Below, piece by piece: positions 51,850-62,245 of a stretch of DNA of 64,000 nt; the first letter of the stretch is position 1, and each line of letters starts with the position of its first letter. This stretch comes from Bacteroidia bacterium (lineage in GTDB: Bacteria > Bacteroidota > Bacteroidia > M30B66). The position numbers and the translations under genes were made by a program. The notes below the pieces were generated by a model. It saw nothing but the letters and a program-made list of their open reading frames with translations, was not told the origin of the DNA and ran no database searches. Where the stretch lies: positions 1,376,001 to 1,440,000 of the forward strand of contig OZ257142.1 in the NCBI GenBank assembly GCA_965279035.1, given 5' to 3'.

Positions 51850-52763
51850 TTTTTATCAAAGATAAGAGCATCCGATGGACGATTGTGTTTCCACCGTTTA
51901 TGCGACCAAAGCCAATATTCGGGTTGTTCGAGGATAGTTCGTTCTAGAAAAGAAACATGTTTATATGTAACATCTCCTTCATTTTCTAAAGCAGCATTTT
52001 CAGTAACTAGTTCGTATTTAAGCGTGTAATAGCCCCGTTTTACCTTATTTATTTTACCAAAAGCTACAGCCATTTCGTATTGGGCAGCATATTTTTCTGT
52101 CCCTTTAGCGAATACCGTTTCCTGATGAAGAAAATGCAACCACATTCCTTTCTCCGGTTTCGAAGGGCTTTGATCGGCAATAAAACCTGTAATGGACAAT
52201 CGATTTTTTCGGGCTTCTAGTTCTTGGAAAATTTTTCCTGCCTCAAGTAAATCGATTCCGAAGCGACTTCTCGAACGAATCATAGCTTTATTCATAACAG
52301 GATCTTTGATTGCCAGATAAACACCTTGAGGAATATATTGACTTTGAAGAGGTAAAGTAATCGCTGCCCATTCCCAATTTCCATAATGCCCAGTAACAGC
52401 AATCATCTTTTTCCCTTTTAGAAAATGTTCCTGCAATAATTCCGGATTGATCAATTTCATTCGTTTACTTAATTGGCTAGGTGAAATTGTAAACGACTTA
52501 ACGGTTTCTACAATCACATCACACAAATGGCGGTAGAATTTTTTCTCTATGAGCAGAATTTCTAATTCATTCAAATGAGGAAGTGCCGCTTTTAAATTTC
52601 GTCGCGTTACGTGTATACGGTATTTTGCTAAGCGATAAATGAGCACATACATCGCATCCGAAATAAAATATAAAACCGGAAAGGGAAGGATTGAAATAGT
52701 ATAAATCAAACCCAATAACGGATAGGAAAATATGCCCGTTATGCGGCTCCTTTTCTTCTTCAT
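51846..52763 (-). CDS. Lipid A late acyltransferase (LpxL/HtrB family)
   Basis: GHYGNWEW, IADQSP, PEYWLWSHKRWK. Confidence 0.9.
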   Translation of the reverse strand: MKKKRSRITGIFSYPLLGLIYTISILPFPVLYFISDAMYVLIYRLAKYRIHVTRRNLKAALPHLNELEILLIEKKFYRHLCDVIVETVKSFTISPSQLSKRMKLINPELLQEHFLKGKKMIAVTGHYGNWEWAAITLPLQSQYIPQGVYLAIKDPVMNKAMIRSRSRFGIDLLEAGKIFQELEARKNRLSITGFIADQSPSKPEKGMWLHFLHQETVFAKGTEKYAAQYEMAVAFGKINKVKRGYYTLKYELVTENAALENEGDVTYKHVSFLERTILEQPEYWLWSHKRWKHNRPSDALIFDKK

Positions 52764-52778
52764 AATTCAGATTCGCAC

Positions 52779-53390
52779 TTAACGACAATAAATTCTGATA
52801 ATGTCAAATGATTCAGGAAATCCCAAATCGGATGATTTACCTAAGTCGATGCAAGCTGCTTCTTTATAACCAGCAACGTATTCAATTACGCCACGTTTGT
52901 AATAGGCTTTTGCATTTTTAGGATCTAATTCAATACAGATATTGAGATCTGCAATAGCTTCTACTAAAAAGCCCGAAGCATAATTTGATAATGAGCGATT
53001 GAAATAAAATGCAGGATCATTATTTTGTAGTGAAATAGCATCATTAAAATCTTTTATCGCACCTACATTATCACCTAAAGCAGCTTTAATTAAACCTCGT
53101 TGATTGTATGATCGAGCGCTTTCGGGGTTTTTTAAAATGATGGCATTAAAATCCAAAATCGCTTTTTTATACTGCTGTTTTCTCGAAAGGCATAAACCCC
53201 GATTATACAAAGCGTCTTCAAAATCTGGTTGAATTTTCAAGGCTTTCGAAAAGCAATCAATAGCATCCAAATATTCCTCAGCAAGACCTTTTGCAGTGCC
53301 TTGATTATACCAATCGGCTGCAGTAGTTTGAGCAGAGGAAATAACTGATGAAAGAAGAAAAAAGGCAATGATTATTTTACTTCGTAACAC
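52779..53390 (-). CDS. Exported TPR protein
   Basis: Signal peptide SSA-Q; YNRG TPRs; C-terminal C-x21-C. Confidence 0.85.
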   Translation of the reverse strand: MLRSKIIIAFFLLSSVISSAQTTAADWYNQGTAKGLAEEYLDAIDCFSKALKIQPDFEDALYNRGLCLSRKQQYKKAILDFNAIILKNPESARSYNQRGLIKAALGDNVGAIKDFNDAISLQNNDPAFYFNRSLSNYASGFLVEAIADLNICIELDPKNAKAYYKRGVIEYVAGYKEAACIDLGKSSDLGFPESFDIIRIYCR

Positions 53391-53754
53391 CCGTTTTTTG
53401 ATTTGGTTGAACTGGTTTTACTTTTCTACCTACAGCATCTGCTGCACAGTATTTTTGTATGTATTCATTGGCTGGCTTCCAACCTAAAGCAGAGGCTTTT
53501 GAAAAATCCAAACAGGCTTTATCACGTTCTTGAAGCATCAAACTACACGTGCCACGCGCAAAAACGGCTTCGGCATAATCGGATTTTAAACGAATAGCCT
53601 CGTCCATTTTCAATCGTGCTTCGGCATATTTCTTCTCACCAATCAATCGAACTCCATCATTATATAAGGTGCTTATAAGAGTGGATTTGTCTTGAGCACT
53701 TGCACTCAAACTCAATAAAATGAGTCCAAATAAAATTTGCGAAATTTTTCTCAT
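53377..53754 (-). CDS. Exported short TPR protein
   Basis: Signal peptide ASA-Q; TPR; C-x21-C. Confidence 0.8.
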   Translation of the reverse strand: MRKISQILFGLILLSLSASAQDKSTLISTLYNDGVRLIGEKKYAEARLKMDEAIRLKSDYAEAVFARGTCSLMLQERDKACLDFSKASALGWKPANEYIQKYCAADAVGRKVKPVQPNQKTGVTK

Positions 53755-53757
53755 GGT

Positions 53758-54579
53758 TTATTGTTCAGTACAGTTAGCTTCAATATATAGTGCTGCTTCA
53801 TCGTTTCCTAATTCAGCTGCTTTTTTCCAATCATTACATGCTCCTTTTTTATTCCCAGAAAGTAGTTTGGCTGCTCCACGGCGACATAAAGCTTCATCAT
53901 TTTTAGGATTCATTTGGAGTGCTTTGTCAAAATCAGCAATCGCCTTTTCATGATTTCCGCTACTTCCATTCGCCATTGCACGATAAAAAAAGGCTTCAGA
54001 ATTTAAAGGCATTAAAGCAATAACTTGATCACAATCTTTAATGCAAAACTGAAAATGTTCATCTTCAAAACTAATCATCGCCCGATTCAAATAGGCTTCA
54101 GCAAAATCGTTTTTTAATTCTACTGTTTTATTTAAATCCTTCATTGCATCATCAGGACGTTCTAATTCAAGCCATGCAAGAGCGCGATTATAATACAATT
54201 CATAATTTTTAGGATCGGCTAGAATTCCTTTATCGAAAAAAGTGAATGCTTCCTTGTTTTTTCCATCATCAAAAAGAGCAATCCCATATTGAAGATAAAA
54301 TTCAGCTGTGGCAAGTTTCAAAGAATCCGCTTTGCGATAATCAAGTAGCGCTTCTTTCCGATTGTTCATTGCAATGTAAGCCTTTCCTAAAATGAACCAA
54401 TTCTCTGCAATTTCGGGTGAAATACTCACCGCTTTTTTCATTTTTTCTAAGGCTTTGGCTGCTTCTCCATTTTTCAACAGTTCAATGCTTTCAGTTCGGA
54501 ATGCATCAGTTTGAGCAATCAAAGTACATGTTGAAAATATGAATGCGATAGAAAGTATCAGGTATTTACTTGAATTCAT
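53758..54579 (-). CDS. Exported TPR protein
   Basis: Signal peptide LIA-Q; multiple TPRs; C-x21-C. Confidence 0.85.
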   Translation of the reverse strand: MNSSKYLILSIAFIFSTCTLIAQTDAFRTESIELLKNGEAAKALEKMKKAVSISPEIAENWFILGKAYIAMNNRKEALLDYRKADSLKLATAEFYLQYGIALFDDGKNKEAFTFFDKGILADPKNYELYYNRALAWLELERPDDAMKDLNKTVELKNDFAEAYLNRAMISFEDEHFQFCIKDCDQVIALMPLNSEAFFYRAMANGSSGNHEKAIADFDKALQMNPKNDEALCRRGAAKLLSGNKKGACNDWKKAAELGNDEAALYIEANCTEQ

Positions 54580-54588
54580 GCGCTTGAA

Positions 54589-55164
54589 TTAGGAATGTGC
54601 GGCGATTGTCACTTTTATGCTGTCTTCAATATATCCGATTTCATAATGAAAACCGGCAAATTGGTTCTGACTTTTTACGACTTGATAACGTTGAACATAA
54701 GCATCATCAGCTTCTATATAACTTAAGTTTTTACCGAAGAACAATATCGGACGAACTTCCGATAGGCATGAATACAATGGATCAATCTGTTTGCTGAGTT
54801 CGTTTTTATCATTAGAAAGTTTACTCAAGTATGTCTCGCTACTAAAATGAACCAAACGTTGATTTCGGAAAGTGCAACGTAATATGGAATCACAACCGCT
54901 TATTGCATCGTGTTCTTTCCATTCAAGTGTGCTGTAATTCTCTAATCCGGTGGAATTTGTTTCTGAATAAACCAAGGTTTTTTCACGCACTTCTTGAAGC
55001 GTATCACCCAAAGCTAATGGATGGAGTGACATGCAAATTGGAATGGATGCATACAATCCTTGATCTGGACTGCCTTGATAACCTGACAATTGTACTGTAT
55101 CAGGAGAAGTGCACGAGCACATCGAAAGGATACTAATACCTAAAACTAGAATGATGTTTCTCAT
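54589..55164 (-). CDS. Hypothetical lipoprotein
   Basis: N-terminal hydrophobic stretch ending SMCSC; co-oriented and tightly spaced with its neighbours. Confidence 0.6.
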   Translation of the reverse strand: MRNIILVLGISILSMCSCTSPDTVQLSGYQGSPDQGLYASIPICMSLHPLALGDTLQEVREKTLVYSETNSTGLENYSTLEWKEHDAISGCDSILRCTFRNQRLVHFSSETYLSKLSNDKNELSKQIDPLYSCLSEVRPILFFGKNLSYIEADDAYVQRYQVVKSQNQFAGFHYEIGYIEDSIKVTIAAHS

Positions 55165-55239
55165 TGTCTAAAAATCAACTCCCAAACCTACAAAAAACAG
55201 GGTGAATTATGAAGAAAATTGAATGGTTTGATGAAGAAA

Positions 55240-55761
55240 TTATTCAAAACCATCTTCTAAGGCTTCCATCTTCTTTTCGCTGAATTCGCCTTGAATCTGT
55301 TTCACAATTTTCCCTTCATTATTCAAAAGGATAAGTGTTGAAGTTGATTTTGCATTTTCTCCTAAAACAGAAAGCAACGGTGTGCAATCACTTGTACTAT
55401 AAAGCACATTGTTGATTATTTCAGAAGGGATTTCGGATTTTATTTTCGATTCTTGCGAGCGAATTATATTCCATTCAGCAGCATTTACCATAGTTAATGC
55501 ATAAAGATCGGCATCAAAAAAAGCATCCAACATGCCTGATTTCCGAATGAATTTTTGAACCAAAGGATCAATCCAGGTGCTTGCCGATTCCGTTCCTTTT
55601 TTTCCAAAAGTGATGAGTAGAACCGTATATTTTTTAGTGTTTCTGGGAAATTCAACACGACTCTCATCAAAACGATTTCCAGTTAAGTTGGGGAATTGTT
55701 GAGTAAAACCTTGAAACGAATATCCCAAAAGGAAGCAGAGAAAAATCCAGCGTGTAAACAT
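55240..55761 (-). CDS. Exported thioredoxin-like fold (ATP10-like) protein without CxxC
   Basis: QFPNLTG...V.FP...W..P...LILLNNEGKIV...G.FS..KM..LE pattern. Confidence 0.55.
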   Translation of the reverse strand: MFTRWIFLCFLLGYSFQGFTQQFPNLTGNRFDESRVEFPRNTKKYTVLLITFGKKGTESASTWIDPLVQKFIRKSGMLDAFFDADLYALTMVNAAEWNIIRSQESKIKSEIPSEIINNVLYSTSDCTPLLSVLGENAKSTSTLILLNNEGKIVKQIQGEFSEKKMEALEDGFE

Positions 55762-55806
55762 GGTAAAAAACTGATTTTTCAGAACGTGGATTTAAACGCT
55801 TTATTA

Positions 55807-56976
55807 TCAACGCACAGATGAACGTCGCGCCTTTTCTTTGCTTAATAAACTCAACTCGCGACTGGTTTGTCCGGCTACAGAAGTATTCTCATCAGCACGG
55901 CGAATCAAATACGGAAGCACATCTTTCACCGGTCCATAAGGAACATATTTAGCCACATTGTAACCTGCATTGGATAGGTTAAAGCTAATATGATCACTCA
56001 TTCCAAGTAATTGAGAAAAATACACTCGGCTGTCGTTTTTAGGAATCTTGTTTTCATCCATCAATTTCACCAAAACGCCTGCGCTGTTTTCGTTATGTGA
56101 TCCAGCACAAATGGAAAAACGATCAATATGTTCAACCATAAAACGTAAAGCATCATCATAATCTCGATCGGTTGAGGCTTTGTCTTTTTGTATGGGTGAT
56201 GGATAGCCTTTTTCCAGAGCACGTGCACGTTCTTTTTCCATGTAAGCACCACGAACCAATTTGATTCCTGGATAAAATCCGTCTTTCTCCGCTTGTTGCT
56301 GAAGCTCTTTTAATTTCTGAAGTCGATCGTGTCGATACATTTGGAATGTATTGTAAACCACCGCCTTTTCTTTGTTAAATCGATGCATCATTTCCAACAT
56401 CAATTCATCCATGATTGGTTGAATCCAGGTTTCTTCGGCATCCATCATAACGCTGCGTTCAAGCTCTGATGCACGTTTGCAAATGCGTTCAACACGATGT
56501 CGCACTCGGTCGTATTCGCTTCGTTCCGATTCTGTCATTGTTTCGCCCGAACTGGCTTTTTCTAATAAAGCAAAACGAGCGATTCCAGTTAATTTGAAAA
56601 CGGAAAACGGAATATGATCATCCAATACGGACCGCTCTTGAGTATCAATGATTTCTTGAGTAGTACGGTCGAAATCAGCTTCAGATTCTTTTCCTTCTAC
56701 CGAATAATCTAGAATCGTATGCACATTATACTGAGCTAAATGTGCAATGGTTTGCTCACAATCCCGAATGTTTTCCCCACCACAAAAGTGTTGAAACAGG
56801 GTTTTCTTTATCATGTAACGAAAAGGAAAACCGATGCTTACGGCTATTCCAGCGAATGGCTTGGAAAATTTTACCAGTTGATTATTTCCTATAAAACGGA
56901 ACAACCACCAAGCTTTACTCAATTCATTATTGCTTTTACTTTTAAAAGCGATTTCTGTATTTTCAAAGGACACCAT
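55807..56976 (-). CDS. Monofunctional proline dehydrogenase
   Basis: HFCGGE, ILDYSVEG, MDAEE, KLVRGAYMEKE, GSHN, QLLGMSD, KYVPYGP...YLIRRA.EN. Confidence 0.93.
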   Translation of the reverse strand: MVSFENTEIAFKSKSNNELSKAWWLFRFIGNNQLVKFSKPFAGIAVSIGFPFRYMIKKTLFQHFCGGENIRDCEQTIAHLAQYNVHTILDYSVEGKESEADFDRTTQEIIDTQERSVLDDHIPFSVFKLTGIARFALLEKASSGETMTESERSEYDRVRHRVERICKRASELERSVMMDAEETWIQPIMDELMLEMMHRFNKEKAVVYNTFQMYRHDRLQKLKELQQQAEKDGFYPGIKLVRGAYMEKERARALEKGYPSPIQKDKASTDRDYDDALRFMVEHIDRFSICAGSHNENSAGVLVKLMDENKIPKNDSRVYFSQLLGMSDHISFNLSNAGYNVAKYVPYGPVKDVLPYLIRRADENTSVAGQTSRELSLLSKEKARRSSVR

Positions 56977-57071
56977 TAGGCGCAGATTATTTGGCAAACC
57001 TAACAGATTTTATCATACGTCTCTATGATGTTTCTCAGCTTCTTCATACGGGATTGTGCTAATTTAGCCCC

Positions 57072-58154
57072 ATGATTTCAGAGATTCTTTCATCCAGTCC
57101 ACGCATTGTTTGTGGCGATAATGCCATCGAGTCCTGCATTTCGTTTGTGGAAGAACTTCATCCAGATCAGGTTTTTCTGCTCTGTGATAGGAATACAAAA
57201 ATTGCTTGTCTACCTCTATTTTTAGATCATAAAAGCAAGATTCAATTTCAGATTTTTTGCATCGATTCCTTGGGAGAAATCAATAAATCGCTCCTTGTTG
57301 TTGAAGAAATCTGCCGTTTTTTTCTCGAGAAAAATGCAAGTCGTAAAAGTCTTGTACTTATTTTGGGTGGTGGAATTTTAGGCGACATGGGTGGATTTGC
57401 TGCATCAATTTATAATCGGGGGATGCGTTTTATTCAAGTACCGACAAGCCTTTTAGCGATGGTTGATGCTTCAGTAGGAGGGAAGACTGGGGTGAATTTT
57501 CAAGACAGAAAAAATTTGTTGGGTCTTTTTCTATTGCCAGAAGCTGTTTTTATTTATCCACCTTTTATTCAATCATTACCAAACGAAGAACGCCTTTCAG
57601 GTTTTGCCGAAATGGTAAAGCATGCACTTTTGTCGAGTAGAAACGATTGGGAAAAAATACAGTTCATAAATCCTTTCGAAGAAACTCTTTGGGAACCTTG
57701 GATTATCCATAGTGTGAAATTCAAAAAACAAATCACGGAGAATGATTTTCGGGAACAAGGTATTCGTGAGCAACTCAATTTGGGACATACAGTGGCTCAT
57801 GCAATCGAAGCATGGTCAATGCAAAAAAACGAAATCCTTCATCACGGATATGCCGTTGCTGCAGGTATTCTAATTGAATTATCTCTTTCAAAACTTTGTG
57901 GAGTACTTCAAGACGATCAAATTCTTGATGAATACAGCAATTTTTTAAACAAGAATTTTCCACATCTGTTGTTTACTGAGTCCGATATCGACCAAATCAT
58001 AGAGGAAATGGGTCACGATAAAAAAAATTCTGCTGGGAAAATTACTTTTTGTCTTCTAGCAAAACCAGGTAAAGTGCTTTATCAACAACAACCAGATCGA
58101 TCTCTCATTCAGGCCGCACTCCTTCACTATATAGAGTATGCACGACGTTCTTGA
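57072..58154 (+). CDS. aroB: 3-dehydroquinate synthase
   Basis: LGGGILGDMGGF, VPTSLLAMVDASVGGKTG, SGFAEMVKH, LNLGHTVAHAIE, HGYAVA.G, DKKN. Confidence 0.94.
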   Translation: MISEILSSSPRIVCGDNAIESCISFVEELHPDQVFLLCDRNTKIACLPLFLDHKSKIQFQIFCIDSLGEINKSLLVVEEICRFFLEKNASRKSLVLILGGGILGDMGGFAASIYNRGMRFIQVPTSLLAMVDASVGGKTGVNFQDRKNLLGLFLLPEAVFIYPPFIQSLPNEERLSGFAEMVKHALLSSRNDWEKIQFINPFEETLWEPWIIHSVKFKKQITENDFREQGIREQLNLGHTVAHAIEAWSMQKNEILHHGYAVAAGILIELSLSKLCGVLQDDQILDEYSNFLNKNFPHLLFTESDIDQIIEEMGHDKKNSAGKITFCLLAKPGKVLYQQQPDRSLIQAALLHYIEYARRS

Positions 58155-59379
58155 ATTGGTTTCTAGCACACGTCGTATCAAAGGAACGATCGAATTACCT
58201 GCTTCTAAAAGTATCAGCAATCGCTTATTGGTGCTCGAGAAAATGAGTAGTGGCAGAATTACAGGGATCGGGTATTCAAATGCTGATGATACATTCATTC
58301 TGAAGCAAGCACTTGAGCAAATGCCTAGTGAAATTCACGCGGGTGCTGGTGGGACAACCATCCGTTTTTTATTGGCTGTATTAGCATCTACACCCAATTA
58401 CGAAGGGGTTTTGCGCGGTACTGTACGTCTCATGGAGCGTCCAATTTCTCCATTAGTAGATGCACTTCGTTTAGCCGGAGCTGAAATTGAATACACACAA
58501 CGTGAAGGTTTTGCACCACTTTTTATTCGTGGAAAGAAATTGAAAGGAGGAAAAATACCAATTGATCCATCCTTCAGTTCTCAGTTTTTATCGGCCATGT
58601 TGCTCGTTGCTCCAGCCATGGAATCAGCACTTGAGTTAATTCCTCAAGGTGAAATTAGTTCTGCTCCTTACTTACAAATGACTGTTCAGTTAATGCAGCA
58701 ATGCGGATTTGAAATTGAATATTCAAAAGATAAAATTGTAGTTCAACCTGGCTTTCCGAAAAAAGAAATTCAAATCGAAATAGAGCGTGATTGGTCGGCT
58801 GCTTCCTATTGGTATTCATTTGTTGCATTATCTGATACGGCAAGCATCGAACTTCCAGGCTTGCATTTGAATTCTTTGCAAGGTGATGTGGATTGTGCTC
58901 GTGTTTTTAGTGAAATGGGTGTTCAAACCATCACTACTTCAAATGGTATTCAGTTGTTGAAGACTCCTGTTACGAAGAAAGAATTCCAACTGAATTGTCT
59001 TCATACACCTGACTTATTTCAAACGTATGCAGTTTGCATTGCTGGTTTGGGTTTAAAAGCTCAATTCACTGGATTACATAGTCTCCTTCACAAAGAAACG
59101 AATCGGCTGAAAGCAGTTGTGGATGAGCTTTCGAAGATTCAAGTACATTTCCAATTTCTTGAAAACAACGTACTTCAATTGGATGCATCAGAGATCAATA
59201 CGAATACACTTTTAATTGTAAAAACGTATGAAGATCATCGCATGGCCATGGCATTTTCGCCTTTGTCGCTTGTGTTGAAGAAAATTGCTATTCGGAATTC
59301 GGATGTGGTTTCGAAATCGTATCCCAATTTTTGGTCAGATGTGCGGAAGTCGGGGGTTTTAATAGCCGAATGGCATTGA
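58138..59379 (+). CDS. aroA: EPSP synthase
   Basis: PASKSISNR, SSQFLSA, DWSAASYW, KETNRL, DHRMAMAF, VSKSYPNFW. Confidence 0.94.
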   Translation: MHDVLELVSSTRRIKGTIELPASKSISNRLLVLEKMSSGRITGIGYSNADDTFILKQALEQMPSEIHAGAGGTTIRFLLAVLASTPNYEGVLRGTVRLMERPISPLVDALRLAGAEIEYTQREGFAPLFIRGKKLKGGKIPIDPSFSSQFLSAMLLVAPAMESALELIPQGEISSAPYLQMTVQLMQQCGFEIEYSKDKIVVQPGFPKKEIQIEIERDWSAASYWYSFVALSDTASIELPGLHLNSLQGDVDCARVFSEMGVQTITTSNGIQLLKTPVTKKEFQLNCLHTPDLFQTYAVCIAGLGLKAQFTGLHSLLHKETNRLKAVVDELSKIQVHFQFLENNVLQLDASEINTNTLLIVKTYEDHRMAMAFSPLSLVLKKIAIRNSDVVSKSYPNFWSDVRKSGVLIAEWH

Positions 59380-59485
59380 ATCGATTTATCTTTCTTTAGT
59401 TTCCTCATTTTTATTTGTCGACTTTCAATAAAAAAAATCGACGGCTTATAAAAAGGATTACCTTTGCCGAAATAATTTTTTTAGA

Positions 59486-59680
59486 ATGAAAAATGGAACA
59501 GTAAAGTTCTTCAATGATGCGAAGGGATTCGGATTTATTAAGGACGATGAATCAGACAAAGAATACTTTGTACACGTATCAGGTCTAGTAGACGAAATTC
59601 GTGAGAATGACAAAGTTAGCTTTGATCTTCAGGAAGGAAGAAAAGGATTGAATGCAGCTAACGTACGTCGTACAGCATAA
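59486..59680 (+). CDS. Cold-shock protein (CspA family)
   Basis: GTVKFFN.AKGFGFI, YFVH; TACCTTTG -7 element at 59459-59466. Confidence 0.95.
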   Translation: MKNGTVKFFNDAKGFGFIKDDESDKEYFVHVSGLVDEIRENDKVSFDLQEGRKGLNAANVRRTA

Positions 59681-59708
59681 GCTGATAATCACCATTTCAA
59701 CACATTAT

Positions 59709-59733
59709 AAGTCCTGCTTCGGCGGGACTTTTT
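59709..59733 (+). terminator. Intrinsic terminator after csp
   Basis: AAGTCCTGC-TTCG-GCGGGACTTTTT (cUUCGg loop). Confidence 0.85.
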
Positions 59734-59785
59734 CGTTTTATACATTCTTGACGAATCAATCAGTTTCATTGATTAATCTTGTAGT

Positions 59786-62197
59786 ATGATTTTATTCAGA
59801 TGTTTATGTAGCATTCTGGGCTTGTTTATTCTCAATACAAGCTTCGCTCAAACATTTGTCAATGTAGCACCTACTCAAGGAATCCAAGCCTTAGCATCCG
59901 GAAATTATGGCAATGGTGTTAGTTTTTATGATTGGAATCAAGATGGATTTGATGATATTACCTTGACCAATAAAAACGTACTTCCACGATTTTTTCAAAA
60001 TAACCAAGGGACATTTTCGGAAATATTCTTTGATGGAATTGTTACGATGGGCGATGTGAAATCGGTCAACTGGGTAGATATTAATAATGATGGTGCGCCC
60101 GATATATCTTTCAATTCTTATTTAGGGAAAGTGTATCTGTATTTGAATGATGGCAATTTCCATTTTACAGATATTTCAGCAAGTAGCCATATCATTCAAG
60201 ATCCTATTTGGGGCTATGCCTTAAGTTGGGCAGATTATAATAAAGATGGTTTTGTTGATCTGTATGTTTCCAATTACATGGATTCACTCATGGTGGGTGC
60301 ACGAACTAACTATCTGTACAAGAACAATGGTGATGGAACATTTGAAGATGTAAGTGTTTCTTCTGGAACTTCAAACGGCTATCATTATTCCTTTCAATCG
60401 GTATGGTTCGACTACGATAACGATTCTTGGGTGGACCTTTTTGTAATAAACGACAGAGTTATCAATCGTAATTATCTCTATCACAATAATGGAGATGGAA
60501 CATTTGCAGAACGAGGTATTGAATCAGGACTTGGCGTTTTTATCGATGCTATGTCGGCTTCTGTAGCAGATTATAATAATGATGGTTGGTTTGATATTTA
60601 CATTTCGGATACTCCAACACAAGGGAATTTCTTTTTCAAAAACAATGGAGATGGAACATTCTCGAATGTATCAGCGATCAATGCTGTGCAGATGTTTCAA
60701 TTTTGTTGGGGAGCTGTTTGGCTCGATGCAGATAATGATCGATTGCAAGATTTGTTTGTTCCTACAATTCCTTATTTACCTGTAAGTGCTCTTGGTTACA
60801 ACAGCTACTTTAAAAATCAGGGAAACACGTTTGACATTCAATTTTCTACAGGACTTTCGGCTGAATTTGGTTCTACATTTTCCTGTGCACGTGGTGATAT
60901 CAATAATGATGGTTTTTTCGATTTGCTCACACATAGTTATGCACCAATCGGAACACAAGTATGGCAAAACACTGGTATTGGTGGGAATTATCTTAAAGTT
61001 AAATTGGAAGGTGTTATTTCAAATCGCGATGCAACGGGTGTTCGACTTGAACTTTATTCCGGAGCGAATAAGCAGTATCGCTATACCCTAAATGGAGAGC
61101 AATATGTTAGTCAAAATTCTCAATGGCAGATTTTTGGACTCGGTTCAGATACTCACATAGATAGTCTTGTAATCAAATGGCCGAGTGGATGGCGTGATGT
61201 TTTTTATCAACCGGCAATAAACCAAAATTTCATTATTCGCGAAGGTTCTTCGATTACAAATCAAATTACTTTTTCAGGGAATGTTCGTTTTTGCCATGGC
61301 GATAGCTTGGTTTTAGATGGCGGTATTTGGGATTCATATGCTTGGTCGAATGGTTCTACTGAACGTTTTCTTACCGTAAAAGAATCGGGAAACTATACAG
61401 TTGATATTCAAAGTAACGGCTTTACTATTCCTGCTGATACGATTGCCATTATTGTTGATTCATTGCCACAAGTAAATGAAATCATATCGCAACCAAGCTG
61501 CTTTCAGTCAAACAATGGTTCAATTATCCTCGAGCATTTTTCAAGCAATTCGAAAGAGGTAATTTGGTCGGATGGGCAAACAGGGCTAAGTCGGGATAGC
61601 TTGACTGCAGGAGATTATCAATTCCAATTGACCGATATTCATGGATGTGTATTGAACGATACAATTCATTTAACTCAACCCGAAATACTGCAAGCATATA
61701 CAGAATTTAATCAAGATACCTGTTTGGGAATGTGGTCGGGTTCTGCTTTAGCAAGTGGTGGAACACCTCCTTATGTTAATCATTGGGAGTTTATGCAATC
61801 GGTCAGCGGTGTTCCCTTTTTAATCATAGAAGATTCTGCTTTTACTTGTTTAGATGCATCTCAATCAATCCATGTTGAATATGTAATTTCCGACAGTTTG
61901 GGTTGTACTCTGTCAGGCGATTATGATCTTGGAATTATTTTAGGTTTAGAAACCGAGTTAAACGAATCAGCAATACAGATTTTCCCTAATCCTGCAGAAG
62001 CTGTTCTAATTATCAATACGAAATCTTATCCTTGGCAAGTTGAAATTTTGGATGCACTAGGACGCATCGTTCGAAACAACATTCTTATTCAATCGAGCAA
62101 CTCGCAGCTTGATATTTCGGACTTAAATTCCGGTTCCTATGTGATCGCATTTCAAAATTCGAGAACAAGAACTTACCGGTCCTTTATAAAAAAATAG
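59786..62197 (+). CDS. FG-GAP/CRTAC1-like propeller + ASPIC/UnbV + SprB-like repeat + T9SS sorting domain
   Basis: Repeated D.NNDG..D, N.GDGTF; LKVKLEG..SNRDA.G, FGLG, I.WPSG; C-terminal FPNPA...GSY. Confidence 0.85.
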   Translation: MILFRCLCSILGLFILNTSFAQTFVNVAPTQGIQALASGNYGNGVSFYDWNQDGFDDITLTNKNVLPRFFQNNQGTFSEIFFDGIVTMGDVKSVNWVDINNDGAPDISFNSYLGKVYLYLNDGNFHFTDISASSHIIQDPIWGYALSWADYNKDGFVDLYVSNYMDSLMVGARTNYLYKNNGDGTFEDVSVSSGTSNGYHYSFQSVWFDYDNDSWVDLFVINDRVINRNYLYHNNGDGTFAERGIESGLGVFIDAMSASVADYNNDGWFDIYISDTPTQGNFFFKNNGDGTFSNVSAINAVQMFQFCWGAVWLDADNDRLQDLFVPTIPYLPVSALGYNSYFKNQGNTFDIQFSTGLSAEFGSTFSCARGDINNDGFFDLLTHSYAPIGTQVWQNTGIGGNYLKVKLEGVISNRDATGVRLELYSGANKQYRYTLNGEQYVSQNSQWQIFGLGSDTHIDSLVIKWPSGWRDVFYQPAINQNFIIREGSSITNQITFSGNVRFCHGDSLVLDGGIWDSYAWSNGSTERFLTVKESGNYTVDIQSNGFTIPADTIAIIVDSLPQVNEIISQPSCFQSNNGSIILEHFSSNSKEVIWSDGQTGLSRDSLTAGDYQFQLTDIHGCVLNDTIHLTQPEILQAYTEFNQDTCLGMWSGSALASGGTPPYVNHWEFMQSVSGVPFLIIEDSAFTCLDASQSIHVEYVISDSLGCTLSGDYDLGIILGLETELNESAIQIFPNPAEAVLIINTKSYPWQVEILDALGRIVRNNILIQSSNSQLDISDLNSGSYVIAFQNSRTRTYRSFIKK

Positions 62198-62201
62198 GCA
62201 T

Positions 62202-62237
62202 AAAAAAGCAGCATTGACAATTCAATGCTGCTTTTTT
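62202..62237. terminator. Bidirectional terminator
   Basis: AAAAAAGCAGCATTGA-CAAT-TCAATGCTGCTTTTTT between convergent genes. Confidence 0.85.
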
Positions 62238-62245
62238 GGTTTTTC

